Shown here: one piece after another, positions 26,863 through 37,538 of the stretch
Position numbering within the stretch: position 1 is the first letter of the stretch
Layout: every line of letters starts with the position of its first letter
Source: Bacilli bacterium
GTDB taxonomy: Bacteria; Bacillota_I; Bacilli_A; RF39; UBA660
NCBI GenBank assembly: GCA_017410525.1
Contig: JAFQQQ010000002.1
Location: 205,591 to 269,590 of the forward strand
Reading direction: 5' to 3'
DNA length: 64,000 nt
Program-made: the position numbers and the translations under genes
Notes under the pieces: model-generated
What the model was told of the DNA's origin: nothing
Databases searched by the model: none
Seen by the model: the letters and a program-made list of their open reading frames with translations, nothing else

Positions 26863-29082
26863 ATGTTGTTTGGTAATATAAATAATACAATGCTATTTTC
26901 TTTGATTTCAGTTTTTTACATGATTTGCTTTGCAATTGGATTTTTTGCTCGTAAAAAAGTTAAATCTGTAGAATTAACGATATTTAAAGGTCTAATTTTA
27001 ACTAATTTAATTTCGTTGATAGTAGAAATATTATTAGTAATATTGATTTTAAATAATAGTAATTTTTTAAATATAATGTTAAGATTTTTTAATGTGTGTA
27101 TTTTTTCATATGTTTGGTTTTTCGGACTCTATAGTTATTTTGTTTTAAAAAGAAGTAAGGAACTTAATTCTAAAAGCTCTTTATTCGTTCTTTATTTAAT
27201 ATATTATTTTGTCTGTTGTATTGGAATGATGATTTCAAAAGTTGAATTGAATCCTGTAGATTTTATGCAATATTCAAAGGGGCCTAGTGTTCAAGTTTTA
27301 TTTATCGCAGTTGGAATGATTGTAATGGTAACAATTATGATGCTTTTAATAAATATAAAAAATATAAAGAAAATAAAATGCACTCCAATAATTATGTTCG
27401 TTTTGTTTATTGGTATAAATGCCATAATTCAATTTATATGGCCTCACATTTTATTGGCTAATTCTTTATTCAGTTTTGTTACATTTTTAATGTACTTTAC
27501 AATAGAAAATCCAGATATAAAGATGGTAAACCAATTAGAACTCGCTAAAGATCAAGCAGAAAAAGCAAACAATGCTAAAACTGATTTCTTAAGTAATATG
27601 TCTCATGAAATAAGAACTCCATTAAATGCTATAGTAGGATTTAGTCAATGTATAGAAAATGCTACTAACTTAGAAGAAGCAAAAGAAGATGCTAAAGATA
27701 TAGTAATGGCTTCTAATAACTTACTTGATATAGTAAATGGTATACTTGATATAAGTAAGATTGAAGCAGATAAGATGGAAATAGTTAATACTGAATATAA
27801 CCTAAAAGAAATATTAGATAATTTAGTAAAACTTATTATACCTAGAATAGGTGAAAAAGATATTGAATTAAAAACTCATTTTGCTGAAGATTTACCAGAG
27901 GTATTATATGGAGATAGTGGTAAAGTAAAACAAATTATTACTAATGTTTTAACTAATGCTGCTAAATATACTGAACAAGGTGAAATTAACTTTAAGGTTA
28001 ATTGTGTTAACGAAAAAGATAAATGCAGATTAGTTATATCTATAAGAGATACTGGTAGAGGTATTAAAACTGAACAAATAGATAAATTATTTAATAAGTT
28101 CCAAAGACTTGATGAAGACAAAAATACAACTACTGAAGGTACTGGACTTGGACTTGCTATTACTAAGAGACTTGTTGAAATGATGGGTGGTAAAATAGTA
28201 GTTCAAAGTGAATATGGAGAAGGTTCTACTTTTACAATTTATTTAACTCAAGAAATAAGAAATGGTTTATATAAAAAAGAAGAAGTTATAGAAGAAGAAA
28301 TAAGTTTTGATAGTAAAAAAGTATTATTAGTAGATGATAATAAATTAAATATTAAAGTAGGTACTAAAATATTAAGAGAATATAATCTAGATATAACACC
28401 TTGTGAAAGCGGATTTGAATGTATAAACAAAATAGAAAATGATAATAATTATGACATTATACTTTTGGATATTATGATGCCTAAAATGAGTGGTGTTGAA
28501 ACTTTAAAAAGATTAAAACAAATAGATGGTTTTGATACTCCTGTAATAGCACTTACAGCAGATGCTATTCAAGGCAGAGAAAATAAATATTTAGAAGTAG
28601 GATTTAGTGGTTATTTATCTAAACCTATTGAACATAGTGAACTAAAAAAGGTATTATCTAAATATTTAATAAGTGTTAAAAAAGAAGAAATTGAAATATT
28701 TGATGAAATCAAAAAAGATAAAAAAGATATTGATTATTTAAAAGAAAGTGGTATTGATGTAGATAGTAGTTTAGAACTTTTAGGAGATATGGAAACATAT
28801 AATGAAACTTTAAAAGATTTCTTAACTGAATGTGAAACAAGACTTCCTAAAATGAAAGAACACTTATCTAATAATGATTCAAATAATTATGCAATACTTA
28901 GCCATGCTTTAAAGAGTGATAGTAAATATTTAGGTTTTAAAAAACTTGCTGAACTATCTTTAGATCATGAATTAAAAGGTAAAGAAAATGATTTAGAATA
29001 TATTAAAGAAAATTCTAACGAACTTATGGATGAAGCAGAAAAAATAATAAATATTATTAAAAATTATTTAGGAGATGAATAA
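26863..29082 (+). CDS. Hybrid sensor histidine kinase (multi-TM sensor, HisKA, HATPase, REC, HPt)
   Basis: About 6-7 N-terminal TM helices. H-box [11 protein letters not shown] boxes ([20 protein letters not shown]). REC (LLVDDN...[11 protein letters not shown]...K). HPt-like [12 protein letters not shown]. Confidence 0.85.
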   Translation: MLFGNINNTMLFSLISVFYMICFAIGFFARKKVKSVELTIFKGLILTNLISLIVEILLVILILNNSNFLNIMLRFFNVCIFSYVWFFGLYSYFVLKRSKELNSKSSLFVLYLIYYFVCCIGMMISKVELNPVDFMQYSKGPSVQVLFIAVGMIVMVTIMMLLINIKNIKKIKCTPIIMFVLFIGINAIIQFIWPHILLANSLFSFVTFLMYFTIENPDIKMVNQLELAKDQAEKANNAKTDFLSNMSHEIRTPLNAIVGFSQCIENATNLEEAKEDAKDIVMASNNLLDIVNGILDISKIEADKMEIVNTEYNLKEILDNLVKLIIPRIGEKDIELKTHFAEDLPEVLYGDSGKVKQIITNVLTNAAKYTEQGEINFKVNCVNEKDKCRLVISIRDTGRGIKTEQIDKLFNKFQRLDEDKNTTTEGTGLGLAITKRLVEMMGGKIVVQSEYGEGSTFTIYLTQEIRNGLYKKEEVIEEEISFDSKKVLLVDDNKLNIKVGTKILREYNLDITPCESGFECINKIENDNNYDIILLDIMMPKMSGVETLKRLKQIDGFDTPVIALTADAIQGRENKYLEVGFSGYLSKPIEHSELKKVLSKYLISVKKEEIEIFDEIKKDKKDIDYLKESGIDVDSSLELLGDMETYNETLKDFLTECETRLPKMKEHLSNNDSNNYAILSHALKSDSKYLGFKKLAELSLDHELKGKENDLEYIKENSNELMDEAEKIINIIKNYLGDE

Positions 29083-29461
29083 TATGGAAAAAGCAATTAT
29101 AGTAGCTGATGATTCTATGATAGTTAAAAATATCGTAGAAAAGGCAATTGATGATGAATATATGGTTTTAAAAGCATCAAATGGTAAAGAAGCAATAAAA
29201 CATATTACTGATAAAAAATATGAAATAATTGGAATGTTACTTGATTTAAATATGCCAGAAAGTGATGGATTTATGGTATTAAATTATTTCAAAAACAATA
29301 ATTTATTTAAAAAATATCCAATTGTTATAATATCTGGAGATGATACAAAAGAAACTATAGAAAAAGCTTTTACATACGATATAGTTGATATGCTTAATAA
29401 ACCATTTTCTAAAGATAATGTTAATAGTATGGTTAATAAAATTATTAATTTTAAAAGCTAA
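29075..29461 (+). CDS. Single-domain response regulator (CheY-like REC)
   Basis: [24 protein letters not shown]...NKP. Overlaps the kinase gene by 8 nt. Confidence 0.8.
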   Translation: MNNMEKAIIVADDSMIVKNIVEKAIDDEYMVLKASNGKEAIKHITDKKYEIIGMLLDLNMPESDGFMVLNYFKNNNLFKKYPIVIISGDDTKETIEKAFTYDIVDMLNKPFSKDNVNSMVNKIINFKS

Positions 29462-29592
29462 CTTAACTGAAAAAGTTAAGTTTTTTTATTTACTTAGAGT
29501 TGGATAAATGGTATAATTGTATTAGGGTAAAAGATAATTAATATTGTAATATTTTTTTATGTGGTAACAGTAAAAAAAGGAGAATGTTAATT

Positions 29593-30546
29593 ATGAAAAA
29601 TGAAATAATTTTATTTGAAAATCAAGATGTCAAACTTGATGTAAATATAAAAGATGACACAGTATGGTTAAATGCAAAGCAAATAGCTGAATTATTTGAT
29701 AGGGATTATAAAACAATTAGAAAACATATTAATAATGCATTGGAAGAAGAATTAAAAGATGAAGTGGTTGTCGCAAAATTTGCGAATACCACAAAACATG
29801 GTGCAATTAAAGAAAAAAACCAAACTCATATGGTAGATTATTACAATTTAGATGTAATAATATCAGTTGGTTATAGAGTTAAATCTAAAAATGGTATTAT
29901 ATTTAGAAAATGGGCAAATAAAATATTAAAAGAATATTTATTAAAGGGATATGTAGTAAATCAAAAAAGATTAGAATATTTAGAAAAAACTGTTAAGTTA
30001 ATAGATATAGCTAATAGGATTGATGATGAATTAGAAGGTAATGAAGCTAAAGAAATATTAAAAGTAATAGGGGATTATTCTAAAGCCTTAGATTTACTTG
30101 ATAATTATGATCATAAAGATATTACAAAAGTTAAAGGTAGTATTAGTGATAAAAAGATAACTTACAAAGAATGTATAGAAATAATAAATAAATTAAGATT
30201 TAATAGTGATAGTAAGTTATTTGCGCTAGAAAGAGATAAGGGATTAGAATCTATAATAGGTGATATTTATCAAACATTTGATAAAAAAGATGTATATAAA
30301 AGTATTGAAGAAAAGGCTTGTAATTTTCTTTATATGATTATTAAAAACCATGTATTTATAGATGGTAATAAAAGAATAGGTGCGACATTATTTATATATT
30401 TCTTACAATTTTATAATATTTTATATAAGAATGGTAAACAAGTAATAGATAATAATACATTAGTTGCTTTAACACTCCTAATTGCACAATCTAATCCAAA
30501 AGAGAAAGAATTAATAATAGATTTAGTTATGAATTTCTTGGAATAA
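29593..30546 (+). CDS. RhuM-family N-terminal domain fused to a Doc-type Fic domain
   Basis: N-terminus VWLNAKQIAELF...YYNLDVIISVGYRVKS...FRKWANKILKEYLLKGY matches the RhuM signature. C-terminus carries HVFIDGNKRIGA (Doc variant HxFxDGNKR). ATG at 29593 preferred (AAAGGAGA RBS). Confidence 0.8.
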   Translation: MKNEIILFENQDVKLDVNIKDDTVWLNAKQIAELFDRDYKTIRKHINNALEEELKDEVVVAKFANTTKHGAIKEKNQTHMVDYYNLDVIISVGYRVKSKNGIIFRKWANKILKEYLLKGYVVNQKRLEYLEKTVKLIDIANRIDDELEGNEAKEILKVIGDYSKALDLLDNYDHKDITKVKGSISDKKITYKECIEIINKLRFNSDSKLFALERDKGLESIIGDIYQTFDKKDVYKSIEEKACNFLYMIIKNHVFIDGNKRIGATLFIYFLQFYNILYKNGKQVIDNNTLVALTLLIAQSNPKEKELIIDLVMNFLE

Positions 30547-30552
30547 ATAATA

Positions 30553-30585
30553 AATAGTATTTTGCATTTTTGGCAAAATACTATT
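30553..30585. terminator. Bidirectional terminator between convergent genes
   Basis: Perfect 13-bp stem AATAGTATTTTGC / GCAAAATACTATT with a 7-nt loop, and T/A runs on both sides. Confidence 0.7.
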
Positions 30586-30841
30586 TTAATTTACTCTTTA
30601 AAAAATCTTCAAATACTAAAAGACCATAATGTTTATTATAATAATTAGGAAATTCGTTTAAATGAGCAAGTGCGATTTTAGCTGTTTTAACTAAATCATT
30701 ATTAGTAACATTAGTGTCTATATTTTGAAGTCCATGCTCTAATTCTACATTTATACCTCTTTTAAAATCTTCAAAAGGAAATTTAGAAAAATTTACATTT
30801 AAATATCTTGCTACTCTTAAAATATCATTATCACTAATCAT
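30581..30841 (-). CDS. Small hypothetical protein (ELEHG motif)
   Basis: 86-aa ORF, one of only four minus-strand genes I accept in the window. Contains the GINVELEHG motif. Family not firmly recognised. Confidence 0.55.
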   Translation of the reverse strand: MISDNDILRVARYLNVNFSKFPFEDFKRGINVELEHGLQNIDTNVTNNDLVKTAKIALAHLNEFPNYYNKHYGLLVFEDFLKSKLK

Positions 30842-30910
30842 ATCATCACCTCTATAATTATATTGAATAAATTGAGTATTTATGTTATTATATTCGAAGG
30901 AAGTGATTGT

Positions 30911-32335
30911 ATGAGTTTACCAAATTTAAAAGAGGCTAAAATTAGAACTAATAAAGAAATAAAAATAATAAGAGATGAATATAAAGTTCCCGAAAACATG
31001 AAAACTATAGGTAAAAATAAAAAATATTTTTTAAAAACTTATGGTTGTCAAATGAATGTACATGATAGTGAAAATATAAAAGCTATTTTAGAAGATATGA
31101 GTTTTGAAGAAACTGTTCAAATGGAAGATGCTGATATAATAATTCTTAATACTTGTGCAATAAGAGAAAATGCTCATAATAAGATGTTTGGATTTTTAGG
31201 AAGAGTAAAACATTTAAAACAAAATAAAAAAGATATAATATGTGGTATATGTGGATGTATGGCACAAGAAGAAACTGTAGTAGATGATTTAAAAAACAAA
31301 TATAAATGGGTTGACATAGTATTTGGAACTCATAATATACATAAATTACCTGAAATATTAGAAGAGTCTATAAATAAACAAAAACAAGAAGTAGAAGTAT
31401 TTAGTATTGAAGGTGATGTGTATGAAGGAATACCTGTGAAAAGGGATTCTTTGGTAAAAGCTTGGGTAAATATTCAATATGGTTGTGATAAGTTTTGTAC
31501 TTATTGTATAGTTCCTTATACAAGAGGTAAACAAAGAAGTAGACTTCCTATTGATATAATAAATGAAGTAAAACAATTAGTTAAAGATGGTTACAAAGAA
31601 GTAACTTTACTTGGACAAAATGTTAATGCTTATGGTAAAGATTTAGATATGGATTATACTATGAGTGATTTATTAGAAGAAACTGCTAAAACTGGAATAG
31701 AAAGAGTTAGATTTGTAACTAGCCACCCATGGGATTTTGATGATAAAATGATAGATGTAATAGCTAAATACGATAATATAATGCCTTATATTCATTTACC
31801 TTTGCAATCAGGTAGTGATAGAATATTAAAACTTATGGGAAGACGCTATACAAAAGAAAAGTATTTAGAACTGTTTAATAAAATTAAAAACAGAGTTCCA
31901 AACTGCTCAATAACTACAGATATAATAGTTGCTTTCCCAGGAGAAACAGAAGAAGATTTTAAAGATACATTGGATGTAGTGAACAAATGTAAGTATGATT
32001 CAGCATTCACATTTATTTATTCACCTAGAGTTGGTACTCCAGCTGCTCTTATGAAAAATGATTTAACTGAAGAAGAAAAAAATAGAAGACTATATGAACT
32101 AAATGAAGTAGTAAATAAATATGCGAATGAAGCTAATCAAAAATACCTGGGAAAAGTAGTAAAAGTATTATTAGAAACTCCTAGTGAAAAAGAAGGAAGA
32201 CTTATGGGATATACTGATACTATGAAGTTAGTGAATGTAGAGGCTGATTGTAGTTATCTAGGGAAAATAGTAGATGTAGAAATAATAGACGTTAAAACGT
32301 GGAGTTTAGATGGTAAATTGATTGAAAAAGTATAA
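30911..32335 (+). CDS. miaB: tRNA-i6A37 methylthiotransferase MiaB
   Basis: FLKTYGCQMNVHDSE, the radical-SAM CDKFCTYC motif, and a C-terminal TRAM-like domain. ATG at 30911 preferred (AAGGAAGTGA RBS). Confidence 0.9.
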   Translation: MSLPNLKEAKIRTNKEIKIIRDEYKVPENMKTIGKNKKYFLKTYGCQMNVHDSENIKAILEDMSFEETVQMEDADIIILNTCAIRENAHNKMFGFLGRVKHLKQNKKDIICGICGCMAQEETVVDDLKNKYKWVDIVFGTHNIHKLPEILEESINKQKQEVEVFSIEGDVYEGIPVKRDSLVKAWVNIQYGCDKFCTYCIVPYTRGKQRSRLPIDIINEVKQLVKDGYKEVTLLGQNVNAYGKDLDMDYTMSDLLEETAKTGIERVRFVTSHPWDFDDKMIDVIAKYDNIMPYIHLPLQSGSDRILKLMGRRYTKEKYLELFNKIKNRVPNCSITTDIIVAFPGETEEDFKDTLDVVNKCKYDSAFTFIYSPRVGTPAALMKNDLTEEEKNRRLYELNEVVNKYANEANQKYLGKVVKVLLETPSEKEGRLMGYTDTMKLVNVEADCSYLGKIVDVEIIDVKTWSLDGKLIEKV

Positions 32336-32388
32336 AAAACTATACTTTTTTTAATTTTTTGTGATATAATTTAAATATAATAAAGGAG

Positions 32389-33663
32389 ATGATAGTTGTG
32401 ATATGTAAGAAATGTGGAGCTAATATAGAAGATAATTGTAAGTTTTGCGGAGTATGTGGAGAAAAAGTAGAAGAACTTGTACAAGAACAAAATGTTCAAT
32501 CTGAAAGTATAGTAGAAGAAACGCCAATGGTTGTTCCTTTAATTCAACCAGAGACAGAATCTTTAGAACAAACTGCAATTGTTGAACCAATAGTGCCAGA
32601 AGTTAATATTGAAACAAATGAAAACGTTATTCCAGTAGTAGAACATTCTTTAGAACAAACAGCAGTAGTAGAACCCGTTACACCAGAAACAAATGTTAAT
32701 GAAGTAGTGTCTACACCTGAAGTTAATACTGTACCGGTTACTAACAGAGAGTTGAAGAAAAAAAATAATTCTTGGATTTTTGTAGTGTTAGGAGTATTAT
32801 TAGGATTAATTGCACTTGCTTTGATATATTTTGCTTATTATAAATCATCTAATAGTTCTGTAAGAGTACTTGAAAAGGCTTTAGGTAATTTGGCATTTAA
32901 AGCAGAAAATAGTGGTACTATAGATGCAAAATTATTAATTCAAAGTAATACAGAAGATGCTATGAACTTATCTGCTACTATAAAATATGCTAAACAAGGT
33001 GATGATAATTATAACTTTAATTTAACATTAAATAAATCTATGTTCTTTGATGAAATGAATATATATGCATCAATTTTAGATGAAAGGGTAACTTTATTTG
33101 TTAATTCAAGTTTAATAGATATGTTAGGATTTACTTCAGCAACTCCTTCTATGTGGGTATATATGACTACCACAGAACAGGAATTAGAAATGCAAACTGG
33201 AACTGAAATAGATGAATTAGATGATATAGATTTAAGTGATATTTTAGATGAAAAACATTTTAAACTAATTGGAGAACAAAACAATTTAAATCATTATCAA
33301 TTAGTTATAGATAATGAACTAGTAAATAGAATTAAAACTGAAGCATACAAAGAAGAAGATTTAAAAAGTTTTGGTGATAGTTTAAGTGAATTAACAGAAA
33401 CTTATTATGTAGATTTCTATATTAATAATTCTAATGAATTAGTTAAAATATCTATGGATTTAACAAATTCTTTAAATGATGAATCAATAAAGAGTGCAGT
33501 TATAAGTTTTGAATTCAATAACTTTGGTAGTACTTTAGTACAAATACCTACAGAAGCCCAAAATTCTATTATTGATTTAGAAACTTATATGACGACTTAT
33601 GCTATACAAGATGATGCATATATTGATACATCATTAAATCAGGATTACACATATGAATATTAA
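32389..33663 (+). CDS. Zinc-ribbon membrane-anchored protein
   Basis: CKKCGANIEDNCKFCGVCG zinc ribbon, a repetitive E/V/P-rich linker, one TM (WIFVVLGVLLGLIALALIYF), and a large extracytoplasmic domain. Confidence 0.6.
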   Translation: MIVVICKKCGANIEDNCKFCGVCGEKVEELVQEQNVQSESIVEETPMVVPLIQPETESLEQTAIVEPIVPEVNIETNENVIPVVEHSLEQTAVVEPVTPETNVNEVVSTPEVNTVPVTNRELKKKNNSWIFVVLGVLLGLIALALIYFAYYKSSNSSVRVLEKALGNLAFKAENSGTIDAKLLIQSNTEDAMNLSATIKYAKQGDDNYNFNLTLNKSMFFDEMNIYASILDERVTLFVNSSLIDMLGFTSATPSMWVYMTTTEQELEMQTGTEIDELDDIDLSDILDEKHFKLIGEQNNLNHYQLVIDNELVNRIKTEAYKEEDLKSFGDSLSELTETYYVDFYINNSNELVKISMDLTNSLNDESIKSAVISFEFNNFGSTLVQIPTEAQNSIIDLETYMTTYAIQDDAYIDTSLNQDYTYEY

Positions 33664-33734
33664 AAGTAGTTTTTACTGCTTTTTTTGTGCATTTTTACTA
33701 AACTCTTTCATATATTAAATTGAGGAGTGATTAT

Positions 33735-34265
33735 ATGTCATTATATAAGGAGATAGTTACTAAAGCTGTTATTGGTAAAGGTAAAAAATATTTTAAAGAC
33801 AATTATAGTATTTCTATAGAAAATACTCCAACTACAATACTTGGGTGTTGGGTAATAAATCATAAGTTTAAAGGGTATAAAACAAACGAAAAAATAGGTG
33901 TTAGCGGATCATATGATGTAAATATTTGGTATTCATATGAAAATGATTCTAAAACTGCTGTTGTAAATAAAAATATATCATATAATGATTTATTTAATGT
34001 CAGATTAAAAGAAAATGCAGATCTATCAAATGATACAGATATAATTGTTAGAACGCTTAAACAACCTAATTGTTCTGGAGTAAATATAAATGGTAAGAAC
34101 ATTACTTTTGATATAGAAAAAGAATTAGGTGTAGAAGTAGTAGGAGAAACTAAGGTAAAAATAGCTATTGAAGAAGATGAAGAACCATGGGATGAAATAG
34201 AGGATGAATTAAGTGATAAAGATTTAGAAGAAATAGATAAAGTAAAAGATGATTTTATAAAATAG
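33735..34265 (+). CDS. cotE: Outer spore coat morphogenetic protein CotE
   Basis: YKEIVTKAVIGKGKKYF...ILGCWVINHKF...DVNIWYSYEN...LKQPNC...VVGETKV plus an acidic tail. This aligns by eye with B. subtilis CotE. The miaB-cotE neighbourhood is also as in Bacillus. Confidence 0.8.
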   Translation: MSLYKEIVTKAVIGKGKKYFKDNYSISIENTPTTILGCWVINHKFKGYKTNEKIGVSGSYDVNIWYSYENDSKTAVVNKNISYNDLFNVRLKENADLSNDTDIIVRTLKQPNCSGVNINGKNITFDIEKELGVEVVGETKVKIAIEEDEEPWDEIEDELSDKDLEEIDKVKDDFIK

Positions 34266-34318
34266 TACTATTGTACTTTTTTTCTTTTTTTGGTAATATA
34301 TATTCTGTTGGTGATTTT

Positions 34319-34801
34319 ATGATAAACAAATTAGGACTAAATGAAGAAAGAATGTTATCAGTAGAGAAAATAATAGTAAATACAAAATTAAATTTATTAG
34401 ATGAAGAATTTCTTTTTAATAATGATATTTTTAGCTTAGAATATATAAGACAAATGCACATATTTTTGTTTGGTGATTTATATTATGAAAGGGATTTGAC
34501 TTTTAGAGAATTATCAAATGAAGAAATAAAGTATATAGAAGTTTTACTTAATTCAATTAAACAAATATGTATAAATAAGTATGATTGTGTAGAAATACTC
34601 TTAGAAACATTAGTAAGGCTTTGGGAATTGCAAATATTTAAAGACGGAAATACTAGAACTCTTTTAGGATACTTATCTATATTAAATAAGGCATTTATTT
34701 TAAATTTAGACATAGATTTGAATAAAGAAATAAAAAGTAGAGCTAGTGAATTATATGTCAAAAACCTTGTTAACCAAAAACAGTTGACAAAATCAAAATA
34801 A
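34319..34801 (+). CDS. Fic-domain-like protein with a degenerate active-site motif
   Basis: LQIFKDGNTRTLLGYL occupies the position of HxFx(D/E)GNGRxxR, with His->Gln and the final Arg->Leu. ATG at 34319 preferred over 34271. Confidence 0.55.
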   Translation: MINKLGLNEERMLSVEKIIVNTKLNLLDEEFLFNNDIFSLEYIRQMHIFLFGDLYYERDLTFRELSNEEIKYIEVLLNSIKQICINKYDCVEILLETLVRLWELQIFKDGNTRTLLGYLSILNKAFILNLDIDLNKEIKSRASELYVKNLVNQKQLTKSK

Positions 34802-34837
34802 TTTGTTAATATTATATATAGTGAATGGAGGTGCTTT

Positions 34838-35125
34838 ATGGCAGTTAAAATGAGATTAAAAAGAATGGGAGCTAAAAAAAGACCTTTTTACCGTATCGTA
34901 GTTGCTGATTCAAGATTCCCAAGAGATGGAAGATTTATTGAAGAAGTTGGATACTATAATCCAGTTGAAAATCCAGCGCTTGTAAAAGTGGATAAAGAAT
35001 TAGCTATGAAATGGTTAAATAATGGTGCAACTCCTACAGATACAGTTAGAGATATCTTAAGTAAAGAAGGAATATTAAAAGAATTCCACGAAGCTAAAAT
35101 GGCTAGTAAGAAAGCTGGTAAATAA
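34838..35125 (+). CDS. rpsP: 30S ribosomal protein S16
   Basis: [26 protein letters not shown]...GYYNP. Confidence 0.95.
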   Translation: MAVKMRLKRMGAKKRPFYRIVVADSRFPRDGRFIEEVGYYNPVENPALVKVDKELAMKWLNNGATPTDTVRDILSKEGILKEFHEAKMASKKAGK

Positions 35126-35127
35126 TT

Positions 35128-35370
35128 ATGGAATTAATTAATTTAACAGAATATTTAGTTAGTGAATTACTACCTAATGTAGAAGGTATAAGTGTTAAGC
35201 AAATAGAATCTGAAACTGATACAGTTATTCAAGTTTTAGTTCCAAATGAATGTATGAGTTTAGTAATTGGTAAAGGTGGAAGTATTGCTAATTCAATTCG
35301 TACAATAGTACAAGCTAGTGCTTATGTTAAAAAAATGGGTAGAGTAAGAATCAATATAGATTCATTATAA
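35128..35370 (+). CDS. KH-domain RNA-binding protein (YlqC family)
   Basis: VIGKGGSIANSIRTIV (GxxG KH motif), immediately downstream of rpsP. Confidence 0.8.
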   Translation: MELINLTEYLVSELLPNVEGISVKQIESETDTVIQVLVPNECMSLVIGKGGSIANSIRTIVQASAYVKKMGRVRINIDSL

Positions 35371-35452
35371 AGTTGGAGTAATCCAATTTTTTTTATTTTT
35401 TAGTTGTAATAACTTCTTTAATATATTATAATTATATATAGGATGTGATTAT

Positions 35453-36253
35453 ATGAAACAAAGAGTAATAAGTGCTACAGTAGCATTTGCGATCTTTATA
35501 CCAATTTTTATTATAGGAAAATTACCTTTTAATTTAGCGTTTTATGTTTTAACTCTTCTTGGCTTAAAAGAGTTTATGAAAGTTAAAGAAAAAGAAAAAA
35601 AATTTCCTGACTTTATAAGACTTATTGCATACCTTTTAATAACACTTCTTTATTTTGGATGTACTTTAGATGGTAATATGGACTTTAGTTTTGATTATAG
35701 AATGGTTGCTGGACTTTTCTTGAGCTTATTGATGCCGGTAGTTTTATATCACAATGAAAAAGTATATAATATAAAGGATGCATTTTATTTGTTAGGTGGT
35801 GTATTTTTCTTAGGTTTTTCTATGTCTTTATTTTCAATGTATAGAGCCAAAGGTTTAGATTTAATAATATTCTTATTTATGATAACTATAATTACTGATT
35901 CATTTGCTTATTTTGGTGGAAGATTAGTAGGGAAAAATAAATTGTTAGAAGTTATTTCTCCTAAGAAAACTTGGGAGGGGACCATTATAGGTAGTTTAGT
36001 AGGTACTTTTGTTTGTACAGTTTATTATTTAACCGTAATAAATCCTGATGTATCCGTGTTTGCCATTTCTATTGTCGTACTATTCTTGAGTTTAATAGGT
36101 CAATTTGGTGATTTATTCTTTTCAGCAATAAAAAGAAAATATAATGTAAAAGATTTTTCTAATATTATGCCAGGACACGGTGGAGTATTAGATAGATTGG
36201 ATAGTATTATATTTGTGATGTTAGCTTTCACATTCTTTGTAAATATTTTATAA
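35453..36253 (+). CDS. cdsA: Phosphatidate cytidylyltransferase
   Basis: Polytopic protein with the C-terminal signature SAIKRKYNVKDFSNIMPGHGGVLDRLDS. Confidence 0.9.
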   Translation: MKQRVISATVAFAIFIPIFIIGKLPFNLAFYVLTLLGLKEFMKVKEKEKKFPDFIRLIAYLLITLLYFGCTLDGNMDFSFDYRMVAGLFLSLLMPVVLYHNEKVYNIKDAFYLLGGVFFLGFSMSLFSMYRAKGLDLIIFLFMITIITDSFAYFGGRLVGKNKLLEVISPKKTWEGTIIGSLVGTFVCTVYYLTVINPDVSVFAISIVVLFLSLIGQFGDLFFSAIKRKYNVKDFSNIMPGHGGVLDRLDSIIFVMLAFTFFVNIL

Positions 36254-36266
36254 AAGGTGATTATTA

Positions 36267-37529
36267 ATGATGACAATTATATATTTTATTTTAATACTTG
36301 GAGTAACTGTTTTTATACATGAATTAGGTCATTTTGTGTTTGCTAAAAGGTACGGAGTTCATGTATATGAATTTTCTATAGGAATGGGTCCAAAATTGTT
36401 TAAGTTTAACAGAAAAAATGATGAAACAAATTATTGTATTCGTCTTTTTCCTATAGGTGGATTTGTTCAAATGGCAGGGGAAGAAGTTGAAGAAGATAAA
36501 AGTATACCTATAGAAAAGAGTTTAAGATCTAAAACTGCTTTTCAAAGATTTATGATTATGGTTGCAGGTGTAATGATGAATTTTATACTTGCTTTTGTAC
36601 TTTTATTTTTCTTAGGTTTATTTAATGATGCAAGTGTTAATAATGTTTATATAGATGGTAGTACAATTCCTAATTTAAACAATAATGACAAGATTGTAGA
36701 AGTAGATGGACACTTTGTAAATAATTACGATAAACTTGCTTTAGAATTAACTATAGCTGCTAAAAAAGATTTCAATATGGTTGTAGAAGATCCTAAAGGT
36801 AACGAAAAAGAAGTTAATGTTCATCCAATTGCTTTAGGTAAAAATGGTTTACCACATAAAAAAGATTTTGGATTTGAAGTAAATAATATAGAGATATCTA
36901 AAAGCAGTTTAAAAGAAGTAAGTGTTGGTGATACTATTGTTTCAGTTAATGGAATAAAAATAACTAACAATTTAGAACTTTTAAATGAATTGGATAAAGC
37001 AAAAGGTGAAATACTATTAACTTTAAAAGATAAAAATAATAAAGAGCGAAATGTTAAAGTAACAGTAAACGAAAATAAAGATGATGAACTATTAGGATAT
37101 AGTTATGGATTCTATATAACAGGAGAAAGAGTTAAAGGTTTATTTGGAGCGCTTAAGTATGCTTGTTTAAAATTCTTTAGTACAGTAGAACAAATGGTAT
37201 TTACAGTATTCTATTTAATTACTGGAGATATTAGTTTAAATATGTTATCAGGACCTGTTGGAATATTTAGTGTAGTAGGAGATGCAGGTAAAGCAGGATT
37301 TAGTAGTGTAATATCACTTCTATCACTAATCTGTATAAATGTAGGTTTTATTAACTTTTTACCACTCCCAGCTTTTGATGGCGGACACATATTATTTATT
37401 ATAATAGAAAAAATAAAAGGTAGTAGAGTTAATCCTAAAGTAGAAAATACAATACATAATATAGGGTTTATATTACTTATGATACTTATGGTTCTTGTAA
37501 CTTATAACGATATAATTAGAATATTTTAA
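36267..37529 (+). CDS. rseP: Site-2 zinc metalloprotease RseP/RasP
   Basis: HELGHF, PDZ-like middle region, and LPLPAFDGG near the C-terminus. Confidence 0.9.
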   Translation: MMTIIYFILILGVTVFIHELGHFVFAKRYGVHVYEFSIGMGPKLFKFNRKNDETNYCIRLFPIGGFVQMAGEEVEEDKSIPIEKSLRSKTAFQRFMIMVAGVMMNFILAFVLLFFLGLFNDASVNNVYIDGSTIPNLNNNDKIVEVDGHFVNNYDKLALELTIAAKKDFNMVVEDPKGNEKEVNVHPIALGKNGLPHKKDFGFEVNNIEISKSSLKEVSVGDTIVSVNGIKITNNLELLNELDKAKGEILLTLKDKNNKERNVKVTVNENKDDELLGYSYGFYITGERVKGLFGALKYACLKFFSTVEQMVFTVFYLITGDISLNMLSGPVGIFSVVGDAGKAGFSSVISLLSLICINVGFINFLPLPAFDGGHILFIIIEKIKGSRVNPKVENTIHNIGFILLMILMVLVTYNDIIRIF

Positions 37530-37538
37530 GGTGATTTT

